From an uncultured bacterium (lineage in GTDB: Bacteria; Lernaellota; Lernaellaia; Lernaellales; Lernaellaceae): a stretch of DNA of 37,286 bases. How positions within the stretch are numbered: position 1 is the first letter of the stretch; each line of letters starts with the position of its first letter. The DNA lies in the NCBI GenBank assembly GCA_964534375.1, contig CAZHPN010000040.1:1-37286 (forward strand), given 5' to 3'. A program made the position numbers and the translations under genes. Below are positions 8,863-17,671 of this stretch, in pieces. The notes beneath the pieces were generated by a model, which was given only the letters and a program-made list of their open reading frames with translations, had not been told where the DNA came from and ran no database searches.

Positions 8863-10404
8863 ATGAAACGCGGCCAGCGCTTTTTGCCGTTCGTGTTGGC
8901 GACGGCCTTGCTCGCCTGCGCCATTGCCTGCCGCGGTTCCAGCGGCAGCGACGGCGGCCGAGCGGCGAGCGTGAGCGACGACGATGCGTCGTCGAACGAC
9001 GATGACGACGATGACGACCACGTGTTGCCCGACGACGATCAGTCTCCGGACGATGACGATAACGACGCATTTGCCTGCAATGTCGCCCACCCCGATTCGA
9101 CGGTCGGTTTGATCTCCTGCCGGCCCGGCGCCTTCGGCGGTTACACGCTGTTCGCGCCGGCGGTGGCGAACACGGTGTATCTCATCGACATGTTCGGCCA
9201 CGTCGTCAACGCCTGGACCGGGCCCTACTGGCCGGGGTTGTCCGTTTATCTGCTCGAAGACGGCCAACTGTTGCGCACGGGAAACACGATCAACGAGAAT
9301 TTCGACAGCGGCGGGCAGGGCGGCGTCGTCATGCTGCAAGACTGGGATGGCGCGATCGCGTGGAGTTACCTCGTGTCCGACGCTCACGTCTGCTCGCACC
9401 ATGACGTTCGCCGGCTCCCCAACGGCAACATCTTGATGATCGTCTGGGAAAAGAAGACGCCGGCCGAGGCCGCCGCGGCGGGCCGCGACCCGAATTCGCT
9501 GCCCGGCGACGAACTGTGGCCCGATTACTACGTCGAGATTACGCCGGAGGGGACGGACGGCGCCAAAGTCGTTTGGGAATGGCACGCGTGGGACCACCTC
9601 GTGCAAGATTACGATCCGGCGCAGGCGAATTATGGCGTCGTCGCCGACCATCCGGAATGGATCGATGTCAATTACGGCACGCCGCGGCAAACCGATTGGC
9701 TGCACACCAACGGCATCGATTACAACGCCCAGTACGATCAGATTCTCGTGAGCGTCCGCAATTTCAGCGAAGTGTGGGTGATCGACCACAGCACGACGAC
9801 CGCCGAAGCGGCGACGCACAGCGGCGGCGTGCGGGGCCGCGGCGGCGACCTGCTCTACCGCTGGGGAAATCCGGGCGCTTATCGGCAGGACGGCGCGCCG
9901 CGCGACCTGTACTACCAGCACAACGGCCAATGGATCGCCCCTGGTTTGCCGGGCGCCGGCCATCTGCTCGTGTTCAACAACGGCGTCGGTCGCCCGGCCG
10001 GAAATTATTCGAGCGCGGACGAGTTCGCGCCCGACGTGAACGCCGACGGCAGCTATCCGGCGCCCGATCCGACGTACGGGCCCGAGGGCCTGAGCTGGAC
10101 GTTCGTCGATGCGGTTCCGGCCGACATGTTTTCGGCGTATTACTCCGGCGTTCAACGCCTGGCCAACGGCAACACGTTGATCTGCGTCGGCGGAACCGCG
10201 GTGTTCATGGAGGTGACCGCCGCCGGGGCCGTCGTTTGGCAATACGTCAGCCCCGTCACCGACGCCGGCGTTGCGCAGCAGGGACAACACCTCACCGGGG
10301 GCGCCAACACCTCGTTCCGCGCGAACCGCTATCCGCCCGATTACCCGGGCTTTGTCGGCCAGAATCTGACGCCCGGCCCTTGTTTGGTCCCGCCGTGCAA
10401 CTGA
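8863..10404 (+). CDS. Arylsulfotransferase (ASST) family lipoprotein with Asp-rich linker
   Basis: GYTLFAP, HHDVRRLPNGNIL, WEWHAWDH, DWLHTNGIDYN, GDLLYRWGNP, QH and SGVQRLANGNTLI motifs; lipobox AIAC; ATG 8863 with a GGAG RBS. Confidence 0.88.
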   Translation: MKRGQRFLPFVLATALLACAIACRGSSGSDGGRAASVSDDDASSNDDDDDDDHVLPDDDQSPDDDDNDAFACNVAHPDSTVGLISCRPGAFGGYTLFAPAVANTVYLIDMFGHVVNAWTGPYWPGLSVYLLEDGQLLRTGNTINENFDSGGQGGVVMLQDWDGAIAWSYLVSDAHVCSHHDVRRLPNGNILMIVWEKKTPAEAAAAGRDPNSLPGDELWPDYYVEITPEGTDGAKVVWEWHAWDHLVQDYDPAQANYGVVADHPEWIDVNYGTPRQTDWLHTNGIDYNAQYDQILVSVRNFSEVWVIDHSTTTAEAATHSGGVRGRGGDLLYRWGNPGAYRQDGAPRDLYYQHNGQWIAPGLPGAGHLLVFNNGVGRPAGNYSSADEFAPDVNADGSYPAPDPTYGPEGLSWTFVDAVPADMFSAYYSGVQRLANGNTLICVGGTAVFMEVTAAGAVVWQYVSPVTDAGVAQQGQHLTGGANTSFRANRYPPDYPGFVGQNLTPGPCLVPPCN

Positions 10405-10432
10405 TCGTGCGGCCGCGCGCGACGGCCGCCGG

Positions 10433-13015
10433 CTATTCGTACTTCAACGCTTCGCGCAACGGCAGGCCGGCCGCTTTGCGCGCCGGGAACAAGCCGGCGA
10501 CGACGGCGACGATGATCGCGGCGACGAAAATGACGGCGATCCAAGCGAGCGAGTAGTGCATCTCCATCGCCCAGCCGGACATCATGCGGGAGAGGCGCGT
10601 CATGTGCAGCCAACCCAGGCCGTAGCCGATGAACGCGCCGACGAACGCGCCGGAAAAGCCGAGCAGGCCGGATTGCACGACGTAGATCGCCGCCACCTGC
10701 GCGCGCGTCGCGCCGAGCGAGCGCAGCACGCCGATTTCCCGCGTGTGGTCGATGACGTTCGCCATTAAATTATTGATAATGCCGATGAGCGCGATGAAGA
10801 GCGTCAGCAATTCGAGCGAGACGGCCAGCGCGAACATCTGGTCGACGGCGTCGAGGATCGAGTCGCGGAATTCGCGGTTGGTGAGCACGTAGAGGTTGAA
10901 TTCCTCGCCGAGCAGGGCCTCGACGCTCTTGCGCACTTCGTTGATGGGCGCGCCGGGCCGCAGAAACAGGTGAAACGTGTCGACCAGCGTGTCGCCGAAC
11001 GTCTTGGTGTAGAGCCCGCGATTGATGATGACCGCGCCGGTCTCGCAGGCGTAGTCGACGATGACGCCGACGATCGGCAGCCGCTTTTTGCCGTCCGGCG
11101 TCGGGAGTTCGATTTCGCGCGCGCCGCGCAGGTCCGGATGCCGGCCGATCATGTTTTCGGAAAGCAAGACGCCCTCGTCGCGGGCGAACGCCTCGACGGC
11201 GGGCGCGTCGTAGCGGTCGCGGAAGTGGAAGCGCGAGCGGTCGAGGCGGCCGGTGTAATTGACGCTGAGCACGAGGATGCGCGTTTTTTCGTAGTCCGTG
11301 AATTGGCCGCGCACTTGCATGGCGTCGGCGACGCCCGGCACGGCGAGCAGTTTGCCGGTCATTTCTTCGCTCATCGGCACGCTGGAGCGCGTCGCGAAGG
11401 TGGACGAAGAGGTGACCATCAAATCGGCGGTCAGCACTTCGGTCATCCAGTTTTTCACCTCGGTGCGCGTGGAGTTCATGAAGAGGTAGATTTCGAACAT
11501 GACCGCGAGCGCGACCATGAATGCGGCGACGGTCATCGCCGAGCGGCCGAGGTCGCGCACGATGTTCTCGGCCGCCATGCGGCCCAGCGGGCTTTTCAGC
11601 CGGCTCGTGAAGCGCGTGGTCAGCGCCAGAAACCCGCGCATGAACAGCGGCGTCGAGCCGATGCCGCACAGGAGCAGCGCCAGCATGGCGACGGCGAGCC
11701 CCGACAGCGAGTTCAGCGCCGGCACGAACAGCGCCGCGAGGACGTAGGCGGCGCAGAGCAGCGTCAGCGCGGCCCAACGGCCGAGCGCAGAGCCCTTGCC
11801 CAGCGACAGCGAGGGTTTGAAGTGCAGCACTTCCAGCGGCGTGATGCGCGTGGCGCGGATCGCGGGCCACAGGCCGCCGGCGACGCTGACGCCGAGGCCG
11901 ATCGCGACGCCGCGCGCCACCATTTTCCAGTCGAACGCGGCGTAGTTGACGCTGACCGGCACGAAGGCGTTGCTGACCGTGGCGAGGTAACGCAGGATCG
12001 TGACGCGGCCGATCCAGAAGCCGCTGCCGACGCCGATCGCGACGCCGACGAGGCCGAGCAGGGCCGCCTCCAACACGAAGAGCGAGGCGATGCCGCTGCG
12101 CGTCACGCCGACCATGCGCAGGATGCCGATTTCGCGCAGGCGCTGATAGACGAGCGTGGTGACGGTGTTGTAGACGATGAAGGCGCCCATCAACAGCACG
12201 ACGAAGGACATGATCATCAGGCCGCTGCGGATGTTGCCCAGCAGCGAATCGACCCCCTGGTTGCGGTTCGCCGGGCGCTGCACGTCGTAGCGGCCGTGCA
12301 GCAGCGCTTCGACGCCGGCTTTCACCCGGTCGACGTCGGCGTCGGGCGCGAGCACGAGGTCGACGGTGTCGAAGCGGCCCTTTTTGTCGAAAATGAGCTG
12401 CGCGGCATAAATATCCATCAGCCCGAACGCGCCGCCGAAGGCGGTCGCCGCGCCGACGGCGGCCAGGTAGCCGCGGACGACGAACGACTTGCGGCCGTGC
12501 GCGGTGAGCAGTTCGATGCGCGAATCGAGCGCGATGTCGTGCGCCTTGGCGAAGTCGATGTTCAGCAGCAGCGAATCTTTCGAGTTGAGCAGTTCGAGCG
12601 GATCGGTGATTTCGACGCCGCCCTGGCCCGTCGTTTTGTAATCGCGCGCGGCGCGGTCGTTGAGCAAATCGACCGCGAGGACCATCAGCCGTTCGCTTTT
12701 GAATTTCGTGACGATCTGAATCGTCGGCGCGGCCGCGGCCAGCCCGGGCACGGGCAAACGGCCGGCGGCGTCCTTTTTTTGCAGCACGTCGTAAATGGCG
12801 TCGTCGACGCCCGTTTCGCCGCCGGTGATTTGCAGCTTGGCCTTGCCGGCGACGGCGTCGATCATCGAGGCGAACGAATCGGTCATCGTGTGCAGGATCA
12901 TCTGCACCGACACGAGCGAGGCGACGCCCAGGGCGATGCCGACGATCGTCAGCAGCGTGCGGAACGGGTGCTCGACCAATCGTCGCGCGGAAACGGTTCG
13001 CAGCAAAGAACGCAT
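10433..13015 (-). CDS. FtsX/MacB-like ABC transporter permease (double-module, 860 aa)
   Basis: RTLLTIVGIALGVA N-terminal helix; two REIG(I/V)LRxxG motifs each followed by three TM helices; two periplasmic domains. Confidence 0.92.
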   Translation of the reverse strand: MRSLLRTVSARRLVEHPFRTLLTIVGIALGVASLVSVQMILHTMTDSFASMIDAVAGKAKLQITGGETGVDDAIYDVLQKKDAAGRLPVPGLAAAAPTIQIVTKFKSERLMVLAVDLLNDRAARDYKTTGQGGVEITDPLELLNSKDSLLLNIDFAKAHDIALDSRIELLTAHGRKSFVVRGYLAAVGAATAFGGAFGLMDIYAAQLIFDKKGRFDTVDLVLAPDADVDRVKAGVEALLHGRYDVQRPANRNQGVDSLLGNIRSGLMIMSFVVLLMGAFIVYNTVTTLVYQRLREIGILRMVGVTRSGIASLFVLEAALLGLVGVAIGVGSGFWIGRVTILRYLATVSNAFVPVSVNYAAFDWKMVARGVAIGLGVSVAGGLWPAIRATRITPLEVLHFKPSLSLGKGSALGRWAALTLLCAAYVLAALFVPALNSLSGLAVAMLALLLCGIGSTPLFMRGFLALTTRFTSRLKSPLGRMAAENIVRDLGRSAMTVAAFMVALAVMFEIYLFMNSTRTEVKNWMTEVLTADLMVTSSSTFATRSSVPMSEEMTGKLLAVPGVADAMQVRGQFTDYEKTRILVLSVNYTGRLDRSRFHFRDRYDAPAVEAFARDEGVLLSENMIGRHPDLRGAREIELPTPDGKKRLPIVGVIVDYACETGAVIINRGLYTKTFGDTLVDTFHLFLRPGAPINEVRKSVEALLGEEFNLYVLTNREFRDSILDAVDQMFALAVSLELLTLFIALIGIINNLMANVIDHTREIGVLRSLGATRAQVAAIYVVQSGLLGFSGAFVGAFIGYGLGWLHMTRLSRMMSGWAMEMHYSLAWIAVIFVAAIIVAVVAGLFPARKAAGLPLREALKYE

Positions 13016-13036
13016 GGCGTCGTCAGATCCTTTCTT

Positions 13037-13633
13037 TCATTGCGAATGCCGAGTGGTTATCTTGACTTTTCGGGCCAAGCGAGTTTTCGGGTTCTCCGGG
13101 TTAGGGCCGAGCTGATATTCTTGCAAACGGCTTCTCGGAGTCCATGGACGCGTGTAAACAATACGTTTCTCGGCAATCAATTTGAGCATCACCTTCTTCA
13201 ATTGGCCCGAGATCGCCTTCTGCCCCAGGCGATTGGCAATCTCCGATTTCGACAGCGGCCCGGCGCCAAGCATTTCGACCACTCGTTCTTCCGTCGACTT
13301 GGGCCGTGACTTGGGCCGTGACTTGGGCCGTGACTTGGGCTGTTCGACCGCAATTTGCGCGGGAAAGACGACGGTGATTCCGCCCGCCTCTTCGCGAAAT
13401 ATCGGCGGTTTCAAATGGTATTTCAGACACTCTTCTTCCATGGTTTTTGCCGAAATCGTTTGGCCGACAAGCTCGCCGGCGTCCGTCACGCCAAAAACCA
13501 CATGGCCGCCCTTGCCATTCAACATCGCGCATAGCGTCTTGGCGGCGTCCGTCCGCTGCCCGGTCGATTTCTTGAACTCCAAGCGCTCGGATTCGCCGGC
13601 CGCGATCAATTGCCCCAGTTCGGTGAGGGTCAT
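13037..13633 (-). pseudogene. AlbA_2 (Schlafen-like) DNA-binding / RecG-like regulator with apparent in-frame internal deletion and C-terminal HTH
   Basis: N-terminal GESERLEFKKS..CAMLNGKGG.V.FGV.D.G is joined directly to ECLKYHLKPPIFREE..ITVVF and an HTH (GPLSKSEIANRLG..SRLQEY). The central region expected in full-length members is absent. It may still be translated. Confidence 0.65.
13296..13340. repeat. 12-bp tandem repeat GACTTGGGCCGT x3.75 (encodes a PKSR linker)
   Basis: Read directly: three exact copies plus a 9-nt partial copy. Confidence 0.95.
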
Positions 13634-13658
13634 TTTACACCTTCACCGGTTTCGTCGC

Positions 13659-13777
13659 GTCGTTGCCGAAATTCTCCAACTGGCCGCCGGAAAATTAGAA
13701 TGCCCCGTTTCACACCCTTGCCTCCACCGCCATCGCCGTGTCGTTGCGGAAATTCTCCAACCGCTAGTTGGAGAATT
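13659..13777. repeat. 81-bp-period direct repeat with a hairpin in the second copy
   Basis: GTCGTTGC(C/G)GAAATTCTCCAAC at 13659-13680 and 13740-13761 (21/22 identical). AATTCTCCAAC-CGCTA-GTTGGAGAATT forms an inverted repeat at 13751-13777. Confidence 0.85.
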
Positions 13778-13885
13778 GGCGCCCTTCGCGTTTCCGGATG
13801 TTCGGCGGATCATAGGAAACCCGGCCGCAACAAGCAACCGGCGGTCTCGCGCGGACCCTTCTCCGACGCCGCCGCGGCGGCATGG

Positions 13886-13920
13886 AACTCGTAACTTGTC
13901 ATTCGTGACTCGCCACCCGC
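13886..13920. repeat. Degenerate heptamer array (AACTCGT-like x5)
   Basis: AACTCGT AACTTGT CATTCGT GACTCGC CACCCGC; same unit as the arrays at 26061-26207. Confidence 0.7.
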
Positions 13921-13933
13921 CTGCAAGCGCAGT

Positions 13934-13969
13934 TCGTCGCGCGGAAACTGTTCGCAAAAGCGAGCGCAT
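13934..13969 (-). repeat. Duplicate of the first 12 codons of the permease gene
   Basis: Encodes MRSLLRTVSARR, as does 12980-13015; 30/36 nt identical and all differences are synonymous. Confidence 0.9.
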
Positions 13970-14006
13970 GTCGACGCCAAAAAATGTTCTTACCGCTGTA
14001 AGAGAT

Positions 14007-14300
14007 TTAACGTATCACCTCAAATTGATCTTCAATGACCCTACAAAAACTTTCCGAAACCTGCCTCCAATCGAGCACATCGACGCGAAACGGCAGATCG
14101 GATTCCTGAAAGGCTTCGCGCAGATCGCCGATCGCGTCGGCGCCGAGCGAATCGCAGGCAACCACCGCCAAATCGAGATCGGAATATTTTCTCGCCGTCC
14201 CGTTCACCCGCGAGCCAAAAGCGCGAACCTCGCAACCGGGCACATGCGCGGCGAGCAGGCGCCTCACGATTTCGAGATGCGCCGGAGACAGGTCAATCAT
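14007..14300 (-). CDS. Minimal nucleotidyltransferase (MNT, HI0073-like antitoxin)
   Basis: 97 aa with AFGSRVNG..YSDLDLAV and LPFRVDVLD motifs; overlaps the upstream HEPN gene. Confidence 0.92.
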   Translation of the reverse strand: MIDLSPAHLEIVRRLLAAHVPGCEVRAFGSRVNGTARKYSDLDLAVVACDSLGADAIGDLREAFQESDLPFRVDVLDWRQVSESFCRVIEDQFEVIR

Positions 14301-14715
14301 TGTGCGCTTCCAGCGTTTTCAAAAGTGCGGCGGCGTCGCGCGCGAAGTCGTGCGCCACGACGCAAACACTTTCGGCGATCGCGGCTTGGTAAGTATTCGC
14401 CGTTTGATTTCGCGCCTCGTGATGCCGAAACCAACGCTCGACATCGTCGATGAGGCCGCTTTCGCCAGCCAGCCGGAAAAGCGCGCGCCGGGTCATGGCG
14501 CCGGTCGCGTTTGGGCTGACGTTCAGGTCCAGCCACCGTTTCATGAATTTCCAGCACAACTCATAGGTGAACTCGAAAGCGTGGATGACGCCGGCTTTTA
14601 CGGTGTCCTGCCTGGCCTTGGGCAACCGGTTCATAAAATCGGCGTCATCGCTCATCGCGAGCGCCTCATTCAGCGCCGTTACAGCCTTTCGCAGACTTTC
14701 GAGTTCGAGCAACAT
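14293..14715 (-). CDS. Nucleotidyltransferase substrate-binding protein / HEPN toxin (HI0074 family)
   Basis: GVIHAFEFTYELCWKFMKRWL, LFRLA..GLI and W....RN.T..TY motifs; coupled to the MNT gene. Confidence 0.9.
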   Translation of the reverse strand: MLLELESLRKAVTALNEALAMSDDADFMNRLPKARQDTVKAGVIHAFEFTYELCWKFMKRWLDLNVSPNATGAMTRRALFRLAGESGLIDDVERWFRHHEARNQTANTYQAAIAESVCVVAHDFARDAAALLKTLEAHND

Positions 14716-14748
14716 GGCCCATCTCCACGGCGAGGTTGTCTTAGCGGC

Positions 14749-16164
14749 TTATAAATAACATTGCGCCCGATGGACCACCAGCCGTGCGAACTCCTCGGCG
14801 TCGGCGTCGGCGATCTTGTGGCGGTCGAACGGGAACACGAGATAAAGCCGGTCGAGGAACGTGCGCAGAATCAGCGTGCCGCCGTTTTTTTGCGAGGTGC
14901 CGACGCTGTTGTGCAGGTCGACAAGCTGCATGCGGCCGGCTTCGCGGATCGACGTTTCGCCGGTGGGCCGGCCGTTTTCCATCCGCGGCCAAACCACGCC
15001 GAGGTTGGTGACCATGAACGAGATGCGGATGTCGAAAAACGGGCGCAGCGCCGGCCAACGGACGCCCAGCGGCAGCGCGCGGCTCATGCCGATCAGTTGC
15101 CGGCCGAACCACGACAGCCAATAATCGTGGCCGCCGGCCATCTTGCGCTTCCGTTCCGCGATCACGCGCCGCAACAGCGACTCCGGGTCGCGGCGGTCGG
15201 CGGAATTGCTCGCCACGGAGATCGCGCCGAGCGGCACGCCTTGACCGGCGGTTTCCTCGCGGGTGCGGCGCAGGCGCTGGTTCACCGCCAGGCCGTGCAC
15301 CATGATTTCATGATCGCCGCCGCGCGCCGCATTGAATTCCTCGAGCGCGCACTTCGACGCCGCAATGAAGAGGTCGCTCAACGAACCGCCATCGCGCCGC
15401 GCGCGATCGCGCCACGCCTGCTGCAGCGCGCAATCGTCGATGACGTGCCGCACGATTTTCCGGCCGGGCTTCGCCGCCGGCTGGCTGGTCGGATGCGCGG
15501 CGCGCCAGGGCGGGTATTTGAGGCATTCGGTCAGCGTTTCGCGCAGCATCCGCCCGCCCGAAATTGGCGCGATCGGTTGCACGGCGCCGGCTTGCGCGTG
15601 CATCGCCTCGACCCCGGCCCACGCGGGTTCGCGGCCGGTGACGAGGCGGTGGTAGATCCGGAAAACGTCAGCGAAAAAACTGTAGAAGGCGCCGCCATCG
15701 GCCGCGCAATGATGGAAGAGGAGAAGCATGACGTGGCGTTCGCCGGGGAAACAGAACAGAAAAATTCGCACCGGGCAACACGCCTGAAGGTCTTGAACGT
15801 GCTCGACCAGCGGCGCCATTTCGGCCTGAATCCACGATTCCATATCGGCCGGCGCTTCGGCGAGCGACGTCAAATCGCGCACCTCCAACGCGATCGGCTC
15901 CGGCCGCACGCGCCAACCCCAGACGGTCCACGGTCCCCGGCGGCACGGAACCAAATTGGCACGGAAGCGCGGGTAGCCGGCCTGCGCCTCGCACACGGCG
16001 CGCTTCAAGGCGTCCACGTCGCACGGGCCGCAGAGGGAAAACGCGCCGTAATTCGTTTGCGTCAGGCCGTCGCGTTCCCAAACCAGCAGCGCTTCGGAAG
16101 ACGCATCCAGAAGAATCGGCTTTTGAGAAATAAGAGCGCCATCCGAATTCATCGAGCGATCCAT
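14749..16164 (-). CDS. Stand-alone condensation-domain-like / CoA-dependent acyltransferase, paralog 3
   Basis: FHHCAADGG (HHxxxDG) motif; VNQRLR and VTNLGVV motifs; colinear with the two upstream paralogs. Confidence 0.8.
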   Translation of the reverse strand: MDRSMNSDGALISQKPILLDASSEALLVWERDGLTQTNYGAFSLCGPCDVDALKRAVCEAQAGYPRFRANLVPCRRGPWTVWGWRVRPEPIALEVRDLTSLAEAPADMESWIQAEMAPLVEHVQDLQACCPVRIFLFCFPGERHVMLLLFHHCAADGGAFYSFFADVFRIYHRLVTGREPAWAGVEAMHAQAGAVQPIAPISGGRMLRETLTECLKYPPWRAAHPTSQPAAKPGRKIVRHVIDDCALQQAWRDRARRDGGSLSDLFIAASKCALEEFNAARGGDHEIMVHGLAVNQRLRRTREETAGQGVPLGAISVASNSADRRDPESLLRRVIAERKRKMAGGHDYWLSWFGRQLIGMSRALPLGVRWPALRPFFDIRISFMVTNLGVVWPRMENGRPTGETSIREAGRMQLVDLHNSVGTSQKNGGTLILRTFLDRLYLVFPFDRHKIADADAEEFARLVVHRAQCYL

Positions 16165-16187
16165 TTAATGCGACCCTTTTTGAGGCG

Positions 16188-17609
16188 TTACAGATAGCGT
16201 TGGGCGTGATCGAGGACGAGCCGGCCGTATTCTTCCGCGTCGGCGTCGCCGATCTGGTGACGGCCGAATTGGAACACCAGGTAGAGCCGGTCGAGGAACG
16301 TCCGCAAGACGAGCGCGCCGCCGTTGGTTTTCGGCTGCGCCGTGTTGTTGTGCACGTCGAGCAGCTCCATGCGGCCGACCTGGCGGATCGCCGTCTCGCC
16401 GGTCGGCCGGCCGTTTTCGATGCGCGGCCAGACCACGCCCAGGTTCGTGACGGCCAGCGTGACGCGGAAGCCCATCAGCGCCCGCAGCGCGCGCGACCGC
16501 GGCCCGAGCGGCAATATGGCGCTGGCGGCGATCGACTTCCGGCCGAGCCAGGTGAGCCAATAATCGTAGCCCCCGGTCAATTTGCGTTTGCGCTCGGATA
16601 TCACCCAGCGCAGCAGCGCCGCCGGGTCGCGGCGATCGTCCGCGTTCGACATAATGGTCACCGCGCCCAGCGGGTTGCTCTGCGCGGCGGTCTCCGCGCG
16701 CGGCCGGCGCAGCCGCTGATTCACGGGCAGCGCAAAGAACATGATTTCGCCGCCGCCGCCGCCGCCGCGCGCCGCGTTGAAATCGTCGAGCGCCCGTTTC
16801 GCCGCCGCCACGAAGATGTCGGTCATCGAGCCGCCCTCGCGCCGCGCCCGATCGCGCAGCGCCCGTTGCACGGCGCGATCCTCGACGAGCAAACGCACGA
16901 CCTTGCGGCCCGAGGCGGCCGCCGGCGGGTTGGCGAACTGGCCGATGCGCCAGGGCGGATATTTGCGAAACTCGGCGAACATCTCGCGCAGCACGCGGCC
17001 GAGCGGCAGCGGCGTCACGATTTGCGCCGCGCCGGTCTGCGAGTGAATGCCGGCGACGCCGGCCCATTCCGGGTCGCGGCCGGTCGCCAGCCGGTGGTAG
17101 CTCTGCAGCACGGCGCCAAAGAAATTGTAAAACCCCCCGCCGTCGACGGCGCAGTGATGGAACAGGAACACGAACATCTGGCGCTCGCCGGGAAAGAGGA
17201 ACAGCAGAAACCGCACCGGGTAGTTCGTTCGCAGGTCGCGGATGTTCGCGACGCGCTCGGTCATTTCTTCATGGAGCCACGCTTCCATGTCGGCCGGCGC
17301 CTGCGCCAGCGCGGTGCGATCGTAAACTTCGAGTTCGACCGGCGCCGGCTGGACCCGCCAGCCCCACTCGGTCCACACGCCGCGGCGGAACGGAACCACG
17401 AACGAGTGGAAGAGCGGGAAATCGGCCTGCGGCTCGCGCAGGGCGCAGCGAAAGGCTTCCACGTCGCACGGGCCGCCAAACGAGAAACCGCCGTAGCTCC
17501 ACTGCGTAAAGCCGGGATGTTCCAAGACCAGAAATTGCAGCGAGGCGACGTCCATCGGCATGGGGTGTTGCGGCGCAAGGGCGATGTCGGAATTCACTGG
17601 CTGATTCAC
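16188..17609 (-). CDS. Stand-alone condensation-domain-like / CoA-dependent acyltransferase, paralog 2
   Basis: FHHCAVDGG, PVNQRLR and VTNLGVV motifs. Start assigned to GTG 17609 (GAGG RBS 6 nt upstream); ATG 17627 is an alternative. Confidence 0.8.
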   Translation of the reverse strand: MNQPVNSDIALAPQHPMPMDVASLQFLVLEHPGFTQWSYGGFSFGGPCDVEAFRCALREPQADFPLFHSFVVPFRRGVWTEWGWRVQPAPVELEVYDRTALAQAPADMEAWLHEEMTERVANIRDLRTNYPVRFLLFLFPGERQMFVFLFHHCAVDGGGFYNFFGAVLQSYHRLATGRDPEWAGVAGIHSQTGAAQIVTPLPLGRVLREMFAEFRKYPPWRIGQFANPPAAASGRKVVRLLVEDRAVQRALRDRARREGGSMTDIFVAAAKRALDDFNAARGGGGGGEIMFFALPVNQRLRRPRAETAAQSNPLGAVTIMSNADDRRDPAALLRWVISERKRKLTGGYDYWLTWLGRKSIAASAILPLGPRSRALRALMGFRVTLAVTNLGVVWPRIENGRPTGETAIRQVGRMELLDVHNNTAQPKTNGGALVLRTFLDRLYLVFQFGRHQIGDADAEEYGRLVLDHAQRYL

Positions 17610-17671
17610 TTGAAACCTCGGCAACATGCCGCAATTTTCGCTATCCGAATTCTGCGGCCTTTTTCGAATCG

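Noticed and set aside
13643..13969. 108-aa ORF as a real permease paralog
   Set aside because: Similarity stops after 12 codons, and the rest runs through heptamer and direct repeats with no protein-like features.
13016..14748. IS element, integron or prophage
   Set aside because: No transposase, integrase, attC-like sites or phage genes are recognisable. It is recorded only as an inserted cassette.
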